64,000 bases of DNA from contig OZ245843.1 of NCBI GenBank assembly GCA_965228875.1, positions 1,718,616-1,782,615 of the forward strand, given 5' to 3'. This stretch comes from Thalassobaculaceae bacterium (GTDB lineage: Bacteria > Pseudomonadota > Alphaproteobacteria > Thalassobaculales > Thalassobaculaceae). Numbering within the stretch: the stretch's first letter is position 1; the number at the start of each line of letters is the position of its first letter. The position numbers and the translations under genes were made by a program. The notes beneath the pieces are model-generated. The model was not told where the DNA came from, made no database searches, and was given only the letters and a program-made list of their open reading frames with translations. Positions 20,881 to 29,871 of the stretch are shown here, in pieces.

Positions 20881-21255
20881 ATGATGTCTAAAGTGGCCGC
20901 GCCCAACGCATCCTTCCTGACCGTCATCAGCGAACAGCTCGTCGAGCTGGTGGGGCGGGTGGAGGAAGACGTCGCGCGCTACGCCGACAGCGAGGTCGGC
21001 CCGGCCGGCGGCGGGTTCGTGATCTACTACCTGACGGACGAGAACGGTGAGCCGCTCAAGGACGTGACGGCCAAGGATCTCGGCGCGAACCTTCAGGACA
21101 TTCTCGATACCAGAGGGTTTCAACAGTTGCAGGAATTCTGCGAATCCCGGTCCCTGAAGGTTCGGGTAGATGAACATTTTTACGCCAATGATCCCCGCCC
21201 GACGAAGATCTACCGGGTGATCGTCGACGGCTGGCAGCCGGGGCCCTCGGCATGA
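20881..21255 (+). CDS. Hypothetical protein (124 aa)
   Basis: Globular-looking ORF; ATGA overlap with the downstream pentapeptide gene. Confidence 0.75.
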   Translation: MMSKVAAPNASFLTVISEQLVELVGRVEEDVARYADSEVGPAGGGFVIYYLTDENGEPLKDVTAKDLGANLQDILDTRGFQQLQEFCESRSLKVRVDEHFYANDPRPTKIYRVIVDGWQPGPSA

Positions 21256-22535
21256 GCCCAGAGCAGATCCTCAAGCTGATCGAGAGCCATGAGCGGTGGC
21301 TGCAGCGCAAGTCCGGCGGCCAGCGCGCCGACCTGTCCGGCTGCAACCTGTCGGAGTTCAACCTCACCGGCGCGACGCTCCAGTCGGCCAAGCTGTCCGG
21401 CGCCTACATGGCGCGGGCCATCCTGGTGGGCGCGGACCTGTCCTATGCGGACATGTTCTGCGCCAACCTGGACGGCGCCGACCTGTCCAAGTCTTTGCTG
21501 GTGCGCAGCGACCTGCGCGGCGCATTCATGCGCGGGGCCAATCTCGGCGGCGCCAACCTCAAGGAGGCGGATCTGCGCGGCGGCGCGCTCATCAGCGGCA
21601 ATCCGGCCGCGCCGGCGACGATCATACGCTCCAACATGGGACAGTCTGAACTCGACGAGGCGGAGCTCAACGGCGCCAATCTGTCCGGGACAGACCTCAC
21701 CCAGGCCAGCATGGTCGGCGCCACGTTGGAGAAGACGCTGCTCTGCGGCGCCAACCTGTCCGGCGTGAACCTGGAGAACGCCAACCTGCAGGGAGCCGAT
21801 CTGTCGGGCGCCAACCTGTCCGACGCCAAGATCGTGGGCGCCAATCTGGCCGGCGCCAACCTCTCGGGCGCGCTGATCCATCGCACGCAGTTGCGCAACT
21901 CCGATCTGCACGGCGCCATTCTGGAGAATGTCGACCTGTCCTCCGCCGATCTGGCCGGCGCCAATCTGGTCGGTTCCGACGGTCGCGGCCTGTCACGCTC
22001 CATGCGGGACATCCTGCGCGATCACTCCGTCTGGATCCGCGAGCAGGGTCGCGGCGGTTCGCGCGCGCAGCTCGCGAAGACAGACCTGTCCGGGATCGAC
22101 ATTTCGGACGTCAACCTGTCCGGCGCCGACCTGCGCGAGGCGCAAATGACCGGCGCCACCCTGCGGCGCACCAGTCTGGTAATGTCCGACCTGTCGGGCG
22201 CGGACCTGCGCGGCGCCGATCTCCGGGACGCGGAACTGGCGGGCATCAACCTCGCCGGCGCCGACCTTTCCGGGGCGCGCGCGGCGGGTGCAGACTTCTC
22301 CGAAGTCGAGTTGAAGGCGGCGGACGGCACGCCAACCGGCCGGATGTGGGTATCGAACCTGTCCGGAACGGACTTCGCCGACGCGGACCTGACCGGGGCG
22401 AAGCTGACCGGCGCCAACCTGAAAGGCGCCAACTTCCAGGGCGCGCGAATGGCCCGCGCGCACTTGCGCGGCGCCGACCTCGACGGCGTGACCCTGAGCG
22501 ACGAACAGCTGGCGGACGTGGCAAGCAAGCCCTGA
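21252..22535 (+). CDS. Pentapeptide repeat protein (427 aa), paralog of 19213..20466
   Basis: Same two-module architecture; shares D[LM]FCA, MSDL and PTGRMW motifs with the paralog. Confidence 0.93.
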   Translation: MSPEQILKLIESHERWLQRKSGGQRADLSGCNLSEFNLTGATLQSAKLSGAYMARAILVGADLSYADMFCANLDGADLSKSLLVRSDLRGAFMRGANLGGANLKEADLRGGALISGNPAAPATIIRSNMGQSELDEAELNGANLSGTDLTQASMVGATLEKTLLCGANLSGVNLENANLQGADLSGANLSDAKIVGANLAGANLSGALIHRTQLRNSDLHGAILENVDLSSADLAGANLVGSDGRGLSRSMRDILRDHSVWIREQGRGGSRAQLAKTDLSGIDISDVNLSGADLREAQMTGATLRRTSLVMSDLSGADLRGADLRDAELAGINLAGADLSGARAAGADFSEVELKAADGTPTGRMWVSNLSGTDFADADLTGAKLTGANLKGANFQGARMARAHLRGADLDGVTLSDEQLADVASKP

Positions 22536-22550
22536 GGTGCGCCTGCCCGA

Positions 22551-23693
22551 CTACCAGCCGTTCCGCCTGTCCCACCAATCCGCGATCGCCTCCGAACCGC
22601 CGTCAAACACGGCATAGCGCTCAAAGGCCGCCGCGGTCATGCAGACGTGGTTGGGCAGCACACGGACACGGGCGCCGATCGGCAACCGCTCGAACAGGGC
22701 CGGGTCGGTAACAGCGACCTCGCCATGCTCCTGGTGTACGCCCCGCACGGTCAGCCCCTCAAGCGGAGCGCCGCTGCGAAGGTCGGCCAGCAGGCCGAAC
22801 CCAAGATCCCCCGCCTCGCCCAGCCCCTGTGTCGAGCGGTCCTTCGACAGGGCCAACCCTCCGGCATCGAGGATCAGAATTCCGCGCGCGCGATTGTGCG
22901 AGATGACGCTGGCGACAACCGACGCCGCGATATCGTCTATCCCGTGCGAGCCGATGCCGGCCTGGAACAGGTCTCCGAGGGTGTAAACACCGGGGCGCAT
23001 TTCGGTGACCCCGTCCAAATGGTCGGCATAGAGGGCCGTCGGGGTGGACCCCACGCTGACGATCGGGCACGGCAGGCCGGCGGACCGCAGGGCCTCCGCC
23101 GCCGCGACGGCCGCATCCCGCTCGATCGTCGCCACCGCCCGCATGTCCTGTGGCGAGCGGCCGCGGTAGGAATGGCCGGCATGGGTCAGCACGCCGGCCA
23201 GCGAGGACCGGTCGGATCCGGCGACACGGTGCGCGATGGCGAGAAGGCTCGCGCCGTCGCCGTCGATACCGGTGCGGTGCTCCCCGCAGTCGACCTCGAT
23301 GAGGACATCGTGCCGGCCCGGATGGGCGGCGACCGCCTCCGCCGCCGCCTCGCTGTCGATCAGAATCTTGAAATCGGCCCCCTGTGCCGTCAGGGCGGCC
23401 GCCCGGTCGAGTTTCGACGGGGCGATGCAGACCGCGTAGACGATATCGGAAAAGCCGTTCTCGAAGAGGTACTCCGCCTCCGCCAGGGTCGAGACCGTGA
23501 CGCCGCCCGGCTGACCGGCGGTCGCGATCCTTGCAATCTCCGCCGACTTCCCGGTCTTCATGTGCGGCCGAAGAGCGACACCCAGGGCCGCCGCCCTCGC
23601 CGACATTCTGCTGCAGTTCCGCTCCAGCCTGGCGCGATCCAGAATCAGGCACGGTGTCGGCAGGTCGTCGAGGGTCTGGGCGTCAACGCTCAC
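22551..23693 (-). CDS. Fold-type III PLP enzyme, DSD1/D-threonine aldolase family
   Basis: LPTPCLILD, LRPHMKTGK (PLP Lys), VGSTPT, EMRPGVY, QEHG, PNHVC; GTG start with AGGAGG RBS. Confidence 0.9.
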   Translation of the reverse strand: MSVDAQTLDDLPTPCLILDRARLERNCSRMSARAAALGVALRPHMKTGKSAEIARIATAGQPGGVTVSTLAEAEYLFENGFSDIVYAVCIAPSKLDRAAALTAQGADFKILIDSEAAAEAVAAHPGRHDVLIEVDCGEHRTGIDGDGASLLAIAHRVAGSDRSSLAGVLTHAGHSYRGRSPQDMRAVATIERDAAVAAAEALRSAGLPCPIVSVGSTPTALYADHLDGVTEMRPGVYTLGDLFQAGIGSHGIDDIAASVVASVISHNRARGILILDAGGLALSKDRSTQGLGEAGDLGFGLLADLRSGAPLEGLTVRGVHQEHGEVAVTDPALFERLPIGARVRVLPNHVCMTAAAFERYAVFDGGSEAIADWWDRRNGW

Positions 23694-23736
23694 GGTCTTC
23701 TCCTCCTGAATGTCGCCTCCGGTCCGGCCGGCGCCG

Positions 23737-24630
23737 TCACAGCGGGGCGACGATCTCGTAGCGCCCGCCGTCTCGTCGAACCAGCGCGCCGCGGTGCTGA
23801 TGGGCCTGGGCAACGGCCTGCCGGATACGGTCTCGGGTCGGCACGCTCTCGATGCGGATACCGAAGCCCGCCTCCAGGTCGCGTCGCCCCGCCTCGTCCA
23901 GGGTCCGCAGGAACTCGATCGCCGTCTCGTTGCCTTCGACCTTCGCCTCGGCGTCCAGACCGGGCGGGACCGCCAGATTGTAGCGGTCGTACTGAGCGGC
24001 ATGGGTCAGCCGGTAATGATAGAGCGCCCGGGCGAGCCAGACCAGGGTATAGGGCCGGCTGATCAGGGCCTGGGAGAAGAACACGTCGTGCACCCGGCGC
24101 AGGTCATGGGGCACGCGCTTCCAGTCCTCGACATGGGCAAGCGCGCGGCCGGCCAGCGCCAGTCCACTCGCCGGCATGAAATTGTAGAAGGTGCCGCCGA
24201 TCTGCCGCGCCGATCCGTGCGCCCAGATGCCGATATGCTGGCCGGTCAGATTGCGCGCCGGCCGCATGTCCCGGTCGTAATAGGCATGCGGCACCGAGAG
24301 CACCTCGGCACCGACCTTCTCGCGGGCGCGGACCAGGCTGGCGACGAAGTCCCCCTCTATCCGGTCGTCGGCATCGACATAGACCACCATCTCGAAGCCG
24401 TTGCGTACCGCCCAGGCGCCGGCCACGGCGCGCGGGGTCCCTCCGCTGTCGTTGGACGCTTCGGGCAGGCTCATGTGCACGCGCCCGTCGCCGTCCAGCG
24501 TATCGTGGCGCACACCGTCGCCCACCAGAATGTGGGTCGCGGGATGCGTCTGCGCCGCCACGGAATCGGCCATGGCTCGGATCCAGGCTTCCTGCTCCCC
24601 GTGATAGGGCGTGATGACGGCGACCTTCAC
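23737..24630 (-). CDS. Glycosyltransferase family 2-like protein
   Basis: VAVITPY, HILVGDG, YVDADD DxD motif. Confidence 0.75.
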   Translation of the reverse strand: MKVAVITPYHGEQEAWIRAMADSVAAQTHPATHILVGDGVRHDTLDGDGRVHMSLPEASNDSGGTPRAVAGAWAVRNGFEMVVYVDADDRIEGDFVASLVRAREKVGAEVLSVPHAYYDRDMRPARNLTGQHIGIWAHGSARQIGGTFYNFMPASGLALAGRALAHVEDWKRVPHDLRRVHDVFFSQALISRPYTLVWLARALYHYRLTHAAQYDRYNLAVPPGLDAEAKVEGNETAIEFLRTLDEAGRRDLEAGFGIRIESVPTRDRIRQAVAQAHQHRGALVRRDGGRYEIVAPL

Positions 24631-24653
24631 AGCCGACTCTCCGTTCGTGGTTC

Positions 24654-25601
24654 TCAGGCCACCCGGTGCAGGAGATCGCGGCCGTCGCGCAGCCGGTTGA
24701 TGTTGTCCGCGGCGACGGCGAGGCTGCGCTCCAGCGTGCCGAGCGTGAAGAACGCCACATGCGGCGCGACGACGACATTGTCCAGCGCAAACAGCGGGTT
24801 TCCGGCGGGCGACGGCTCCTCGGCGAAGACGTCCAGCCCGGCGCCCATGAGCTTGCCCGAGGCCAGCGCGGCGGCGAGCGCCTCCTCGTCCACCAACGGA
24901 CCGCGCCCCGTGTTGACGAGGATCGCGCCCGTCTTCATCTGGGCCATGGCGTCGCGGTCGAGCCAGTGATGGGTCTCCGGCACCAGCGGTATGTGCAGCG
25001 ACACGATGTCCGACTCCGCCAGCAGCGTCGCCTTGTCGACCCAGGCCGGATTGGCCGGATCCGGCTCGCCCCGCTTGGTGAAGATGACCCGCGCGCCCAT
25101 GGCGGTCAGCACGGGTTCCAGCAGCTTCGGCACCGCGCCGTATCCCACCAGCCCCACGGTCCGCCCGGCGATCTCGCCGAGGGTGTCCTGCATCGCCGGC
25201 GGCCAGCCCCAGCCCTCGCCCCGCACCGTACGGGCGTGGAACACCGGCAGACGGCGCAGGCAGGCCAGCATCAGCAGGAGCGTCATCTCCGAGACGGCCT
25301 GGCTGTTAGTGCCCGGCATATTGCACACCGCCACGCCTCGGGCCTTCGCCGCCTCCAGGTCGATGGTGTTCACGCCGACGCCGATCTTCTGCACCAGTTT
25401 GAGACGCGGCGCGGCCGCGAGATGCTCCTCGGCCACCGGTTCCAGGTTGTGCAGCAGCACGTCGGTGTCGGCGATCTGCTCCAGGAAGCCCTCGTGATCC
25501 CGCTCCGAACAGATCGCGACCCGGACATCCTCCTCCCGCGCCAACCGGCTCAGTCGGTCACGCAGCCACGGGCCGACATCGTAGTGATAGAGCACCTTCA
25601 T
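24654..25601 (-). CDS. D-isomer-specific 2-hydroxyacid dehydrogenase
   Basis: GVGVNTIDL, GLVGYGAV, SLHIPL, NTGRG, LDVFAEEP, PHVA. Confidence 0.93.
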   Translation of the reverse strand: MKVLYHYDVGPWLRDRLSRLAREEDVRVAICSERDHEGFLEQIADTDVLLHNLEPVAEEHLAAAPRLKLVQKIGVGVNTIDLEAAKARGVAVCNMPGTNSQAVSEMTLLLMLACLRRLPVFHARTVRGEGWGWPPAMQDTLGEIAGRTVGLVGYGAVPKLLEPVLTAMGARVIFTKRGEPDPANPAWVDKATLLAESDIVSLHIPLVPETHHWLDRDAMAQMKTGAILVNTGRGPLVDEEALAAALASGKLMGAGLDVFAEEPSPAGNPLFALDNVVVAPHVAFFTLGTLERSLAVAADNINRLRDGRDLLHRVA

Positions 25602-25612
25602 CGCATCGTTTC

Positions 25613-26902
25613 CTATGCTTTGCCCCAAGGAAAGGCACTGCGCGGCGGCAACACCGCCCCGGTCGGCACGGCTTCGGCCAACCGCAGCCCCTCGTTCCAT
25701 TTCGCCATGCGCTCCGAGCGGGTGAAGGACCCGACCTTGAGCTGGGGAATACCCCAGCCGACGCCGAGATGGACGATGGTGACATCCTCCGTCTCGCCCG
25801 AGCGCGCCGAAACGATGGCGCCCCAGCCCTTCGCCCGCGCCGTCTCCAGCGCCTCCCAAGTCTCGGTCAGCGTACCGATCTGGTTGGGCTTGATAAGAGC
25901 CGTATTCCCGGCCCCCACCGCCGAACAGTGGGCGATGCGGGCGGCATTGGTCGTCACCAGGTCGTCGCCGACGATCTGCACGCCCTTCGGCGCGGCCGCG
26001 GTGAACCGGGCGAAAGCATCCTCGTCATCCTCGCCCAGCGGATCCTCGATCGAGACCACAGGATAGCGCGCCAGCCAGCCCAGGAGCATCTCGCTCAGCC
26101 CGTCGCCATCGATCTCGCGGCCATCCCGCGCCAGGGTGTAGCGACCGCCGGAGCCGAAGTCGGACGCGGCGATATCCAGGGCGATCGCCACATCGTCGCC
26201 CGGCACGTGGCCGGAGCTTTCGATCGCCCGTAGAAGACAGTCGAGCGCCTCCTCGTTGCTGTCGAAGGCCGGCCAGAAACCACCCTCGTCCGCAACGCCC
26301 TGGAGTTTGCCCGCATCGGCCAGGATCCGACCGGCCGCCCGGTAGACATCCGCCGTCCAGTCCAGCGCCGTCGGATAGTCCGGCGCGCCGACGGCGATCA
26401 CCATGAAATCCTGGACGTCGACCCGCCTCGCCGCGTGCGCGCCGCCGCCCAGGATCTGGATCTCCGGCAGCGGCAACGGTCCCGGCGCGCGGTCGGCGGC
26501 CAGGTGGCGCCACAGCGGCACGCCGGCCGAGGCGGCGGCGGCATGGGCCAGCGCCATCGACGTCGCGATCAGGGCATTGCCGCCAAGCCGGGACTTGTCA
26601 CCGGTTCCGTCCAATTCCACCAGCGCGCGGTCGATATCGGCCTGATCCGACACCGGCCGGCCCCGGAGCGCGGCGGCGATCTCGCCGTTCACCGATGCGA
26701 CGGCGCCCTGCACATCCATCCCGCCGAACGCCGCGCCGCCGTCGCGCCGATCCAGTGCCTCCCCGGAACCGGTCGAGGCGCCGGCCGGAGCGATGGCCCG
26801 GCCGGAGGCACCGCCGACGGTCCGGATCTCCACCTCCACCGTGGGTCGGCCACGGCTGTCCCATACCCTGCGGCCGATCACCGCATCGATCGTGTCGCTC
26901 AT
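25613..26902 (-). CDS. Enolase paralog with divergent active site
   Basis: DSRGRPTVE, GASTG, DEGG, DIAAS, IEDP, GDDL, IKPNQIG, LKVG, RSER; SHRSGET reads SARSGET and QEFM reads QDFM. Confidence 0.88.
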   Translation of the reverse strand: MSDTIDAVIGRRVWDSRGRPTVEVEIRTVGGASGRAIAPAGASTGSGEALDRRDGGAAFGGMDVQGAVASVNGEIAAALRGRPVSDQADIDRALVELDGTGDKSRLGGNALIATSMALAHAAAASAGVPLWRHLAADRAPGPLPLPEIQILGGGAHAARRVDVQDFMVIAVGAPDYPTALDWTADVYRAAGRILADAGKLQGVADEGGFWPAFDSNEEALDCLLRAIESSGHVPGDDVAIALDIAASDFGSGGRYTLARDGREIDGDGLSEMLLGWLARYPVVSIEDPLGEDDEDAFARFTAAAPKGVQIVGDDLVTTNAARIAHCSAVGAGNTALIKPNQIGTLTETWEALETARAKGWGAIVSARSGETEDVTIVHLGVGWGIPQLKVGSFTRSERMAKWNEGLRLAEAVPTGAVLPPRSAFPWGKA

Positions 26903-27924
26903 CGCGCTCCATCCCGTTCTTGCAGGCGTTCCGCCCAGTCGTCCTTGAGCGTCGGCAGGTCCTTCGGCGGCGCCTTGAGCCAACGGACGGCCGCCTCGCG
27001 CACCCGCGCCTTGTCACGCGCGTCGGTCAGGTATTCGACGGGCGACTTGCCGTCGACCCGCGCCAGGAACAGTCCGGGCAGCAACGCGGCCACCCGACCT
27101 TCCAGATCCTGCGCATCCTCCCAGTCGACCCGCGCCATGTAGGCGGTGGCCAGGGCCTCGAAACACCGTAGGAACCCCGCTGCCGTAGCCGGCACCCACA
27201 GGCACTTGAGCAGCAGATGGTTGAGGCAGAACGCCAGATCGAAGGCCGGCTCGCCCCACCAGGCGCATTCGGCGTCCAGAAAGACCGGGCCGCCGGGGCC
27301 GACCTGAATGTTTTTCGGGCTGACATCGCCGTGAACCAGACAGAGCCTGGTCTGTGCCGTGCGGGCGACCAGCGCCGCCAGTTCGCCCGCCACCTCCGGA
27401 CGCGCACGGGCGGCCGCCTCCAAATAGGGTTCCAGGCGGATGGCGTGAAAAATCGCATCGGTCGGGAACCGCGCCGCGAGATCCGGCTGGGCGGCCGTCG
27501 CCGCATGGATCCGGCCGAGCCGGTCGCCGACCGCATGGGCCACGGCCGGATCGGCGACCCCCGCGGCGAGGTCCGCCTTCCAGAGCCGGTGGTCGGAGGG
27601 ATCGAGCCATGCCATGGCGAACAGACCGGCCTTCGGATCGTGTCCGAGGATCTCGGGGACCGCTTGCGGGACCGCATGGCCCGCCGCCTCGAACCAGGCA
27701 ACCTCGTAGTCGTTGCGCACCACCGGCGCTCGCCAGTCGGCGGCCACCTTCAGTTTGGCCAGCGCGCGCTTCACGCAGAACGCGCCACGCGCCGCATCGA
27801 CCCGCCAGATGTCGGACGCGACCCCGCCGGTCAACGCCGTCGCCACCGGCACTTCCCCGACGCCGACCAGTCCGAGCCGGCGCAGCGAGGCGAGAACCTC
27901 GTCGGGCAGTTTCTCCACGCTCAT
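26899..27924 (-). CDS. APH/methylthioribose-kinase-like phosphotransferase
   Basis: LTGGVASDI, VKRAL, HGDVSPKN (Brenner motif), LDAEC..G.PAFD. Confidence 0.85.
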   Translation of the reverse strand: MSVEKLPDEVLASLRRLGLVGVGEVPVATALTGGVASDIWRVDAARGAFCVKRALAKLKVAADWRAPVVRNDYEVAWFEAAGHAVPQAVPEILGHDPKAGLFAMAWLDPSDHRLWKADLAAGVADPAVAHAVGDRLGRIHAATAAQPDLAARFPTDAIFHAIRLEPYLEAAARARPEVAGELAALVARTAQTRLCLVHGDVSPKNIQVGPGGPVFLDAECAWWGEPAFDLAFCLNHLLLKCLWVPATAAGFLRCFEALATAYMARVDWEDAQDLEGRVAALLPGLFLARVDGKSPVEYLTDARDKARVREAAVRWLKAPPKDLPTLKDDWAERLQERDGAR

Positions 27925-28412
27925 GACTGCAGATCCCGGGTCATGAGTTGAACCTGCTTGCCGCCGGCCGTCTGGGTTCCGGCGGGCCGAAACCCGAGTC
28001 GCTCGTGAAACCGCAGCGATCCCGGGTTCGGCGGGTCGAGGTTGACCTCGCAGGCGAGCCGGGCAACGCCGAACACTCTCGCCGCCGCCTCGAAATCGGC
28101 ATAGAGCGCGGCGCCGATCCCCTCGCCCCTGAGCGTGGGAGCAACGACCACGCGATCGACGTACAGAAAGCTGTCGAACGCCCGCTCGAACCAGCGGTAG
28201 TTCTCGCTGTCATATGGACGTCCGGGCTGCAGGGCGATCAGAAGCGCGCACGGGTCACCGGCCGGTCCGACCACCCGAAACAGGTCGGCCATGGCGGCAA
28301 ACGCGGCGAAATCGTCTTCGGTCAGTGCGTTCACCGCCGGAACGGCGGCATTGTTCAGGGCTACCAGCGCAGCGAAGTCGCCGGTTTCGGCATCTCGGAT
28401 CGTCATCGTCAT
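27921..28412 (-). CDS. GNAT family acetyltransferase
   Basis: YDSENYRWF, YVDRVVV..RGEGIG, CEVN..PPN..SLRFH. Confidence 0.88.
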   Translation of the reverse strand: MTMTIRDAETGDFAALVALNNAAVPAVNALTEDDFAAFAAMADLFRVVGPAGDPCALLIALQPGRPYDSENYRWFERAFDSFLYVDRVVVAPTLRGEGIGAALYADFEAAARVFGVARLACEVNLDPPNPGSLRFHERLGFRPAGTQTAGGKQVQLMTRDLQS

Positions 28413-29428
28413 TCCGTCCGGCGGCCGCGCGCCACCCCTCCCCGTCCCCCGCGCCGTCGCGGCGCCGGGATGTTTCTTCCCAGCATCGTCAGCACGGGAG
28501 AAATGTCCACCGGGAGAATTGCACGATCGATATGCGCCAGAGGATCGAGCGGCAGGGTCTGAAGCGCGGCTCGGGCCATCTCGGCGCCGCCGAGGCGCGC
28601 CGCCACCTCTACACCGAGCGCTCCGTATCCACCGACCAGCGCCGCCAGGGAACCGTGTCTGGGGATGTCCCCGACGGTTTCGGCATAGACGGAGAAGACA
28701 CAGGCTGGGCCGGGGCCGGCCTCGATGAGCCCGGCGGCCTGAACGGCCGCCCTCACCCTGTCATCGACCGACTCACCGGCAAGGGCGTCGACCAGCCCGG
28801 TGACGCCGGGACCGGGATCATCGCTTGCATTGACCGCGTCGAGCACCAGAGCCGCCACCGCGGAAGAGCGATCGTCGCCCTCCGGCGTCGGGCAGTAAGC
28901 GGCCCTCTGCGGCCGCAAGGCCCCATCGCGCAGGAGGACAGGGCAACCGCGATCGTCGATAAAGATCGTCGCGCCCGCCAGGGCGGCGATCGCCTCGAGA
29001 TCCTCGGCCACGGCCAGGAAAGGCGCCGCCAGACGCGGATCGATCGCGTCCCGATCGCCGGCCAGTTCGACGAGCGGACGGCGCTGACCGGTCATCAGGG
29101 CGGTAAGTTTGGCGAGTTCGACCGCATCCGCCCCGCCGCAGGCCACCACCGCCTGACAGTGATCGAAATGAAAGGCACCGACAGCCTCCGCCACCGATGC
29201 GGCACTGCGCCCTCCCCGATGGTCGACGGGAAACACGGCCAGGCCGGCGGCCTCGATCCGGGTGACCAGCGCGTCCCGGTCGGCGATCGCCTCCGCCGAG
29301 CCGTCGCGGATGAGCAGGAGCCGGTTCAAACCACGGGCGCGTGCCCAGGATCGTATGGCCTCCTCCGCCGTTTCACCGGTCCGCATGGGCACGACACCGC
29401 CCCAGGTCGTCCGCACGAGTGACTGCAC
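28409..29428 (-). CDS. Degenerate iron-containing alcohol dehydrogenase-like protein
   Basis: N-terminal Rossmann-like part and VVACGGADAVELAK corresponding to GGGSxxDxAK; metal ligands not evident; start uncertain. Confidence 0.55.
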   Translation of the reverse strand: MQSLVRTTWGGVVPMRTGETAEEAIRSWARARGLNRLLLIRDGSAEAIADRDALVTRIEAAGLAVFPVDHRGGRSAASVAEAVGAFHFDHCQAVVACGGADAVELAKLTALMTGQRRPLVELAGDRDAIDPRLAAPFLAVAEDLEAIAALAGATIFIDDRGCPVLLRDGALRPQRAAYCPTPEGDDRSSAVAALVLDAVNASDDPGPGVTGLVDALAGESVDDRVRAAVQAAGLIEAGPGPACVFSVYAETVGDIPRHGSLAALVGGYGALGVEVAARLGGAEMARAALQTLPLDPLAHIDRAILPVDISPVLTMLGRNIPAPRRRGGRGGVARGRRTE

Positions 29429-29516
29429 CGATCCTCCAGACTCCGCTCCCGCCTCTTTGCGAGACAGGACAGATGATCTATCGTGCGACAGGTTCCATCC
29501 GCTTCAGGAGCGACAA

Positions 29517-29720
29517 GTGGTGGCGATTTCGGACGCGGCGGCAGCCAGTTCGACTCTTTCGGTGTCCGGCGTCCGCGCCGCGAACGAACAGGTTCGCGTC
29601 CTCGGGCAGGGCCTGTCGTCGCTGCTCGACGTGGCCGAGCAGATCGCCGATCAGGTGCCCAGCGCCCCGGCGGCGCCGGTCGGCAGCGGTCGCGGCCAAG
29701 CCGTCGATATTGCGGTCTGA
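29517..29720 (+). CDS. Small hypothetical protein, possibly YjfB-like (67 aa)
   Basis: AGGAG RBS at 29506, GTG start; C-terminal GRGQAVDIAV; hairpin GGCCCGAC/GTCGGGCC downstream. Confidence 0.5.
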   Translation: MVAISDAAAASSTLSVSGVRAANEQVRVLGQGLSSLLDVAEQIADQVPSAPAAPVGSGRGQAVDIAV

Positions 29721-29814
29721 GCGACCGACGGCCCGCACGGCCCGACCCATGTCGGGCCTGACTTCGCATTCAGGGCGTTACTCTTAAGGCACTGCTCTTA
29801 TTGGTCGGCACATA

Positions 29815-29842
29815 AGAAAAGCGCGCCGACGGATCGGCGCGC
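29815..29842 (-). terminator. Intrinsic terminator for the XRE regulator
   Basis: GCGCGCCGA-cgga-TCGGCGCGC stem with adjacent A-run on the plus strand. Confidence 0.65.
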
Positions 29843-29871
29843 CCATATTCATTTCGTCGGTTGCGGGAAGA

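Noticed and set aside
19213..22535. Dense 15-bp periodic GGCGCCAACCTG repeats as a possible DNA repeat array
   Set aside because: Fully explained by pentapeptide protein repeats in frame
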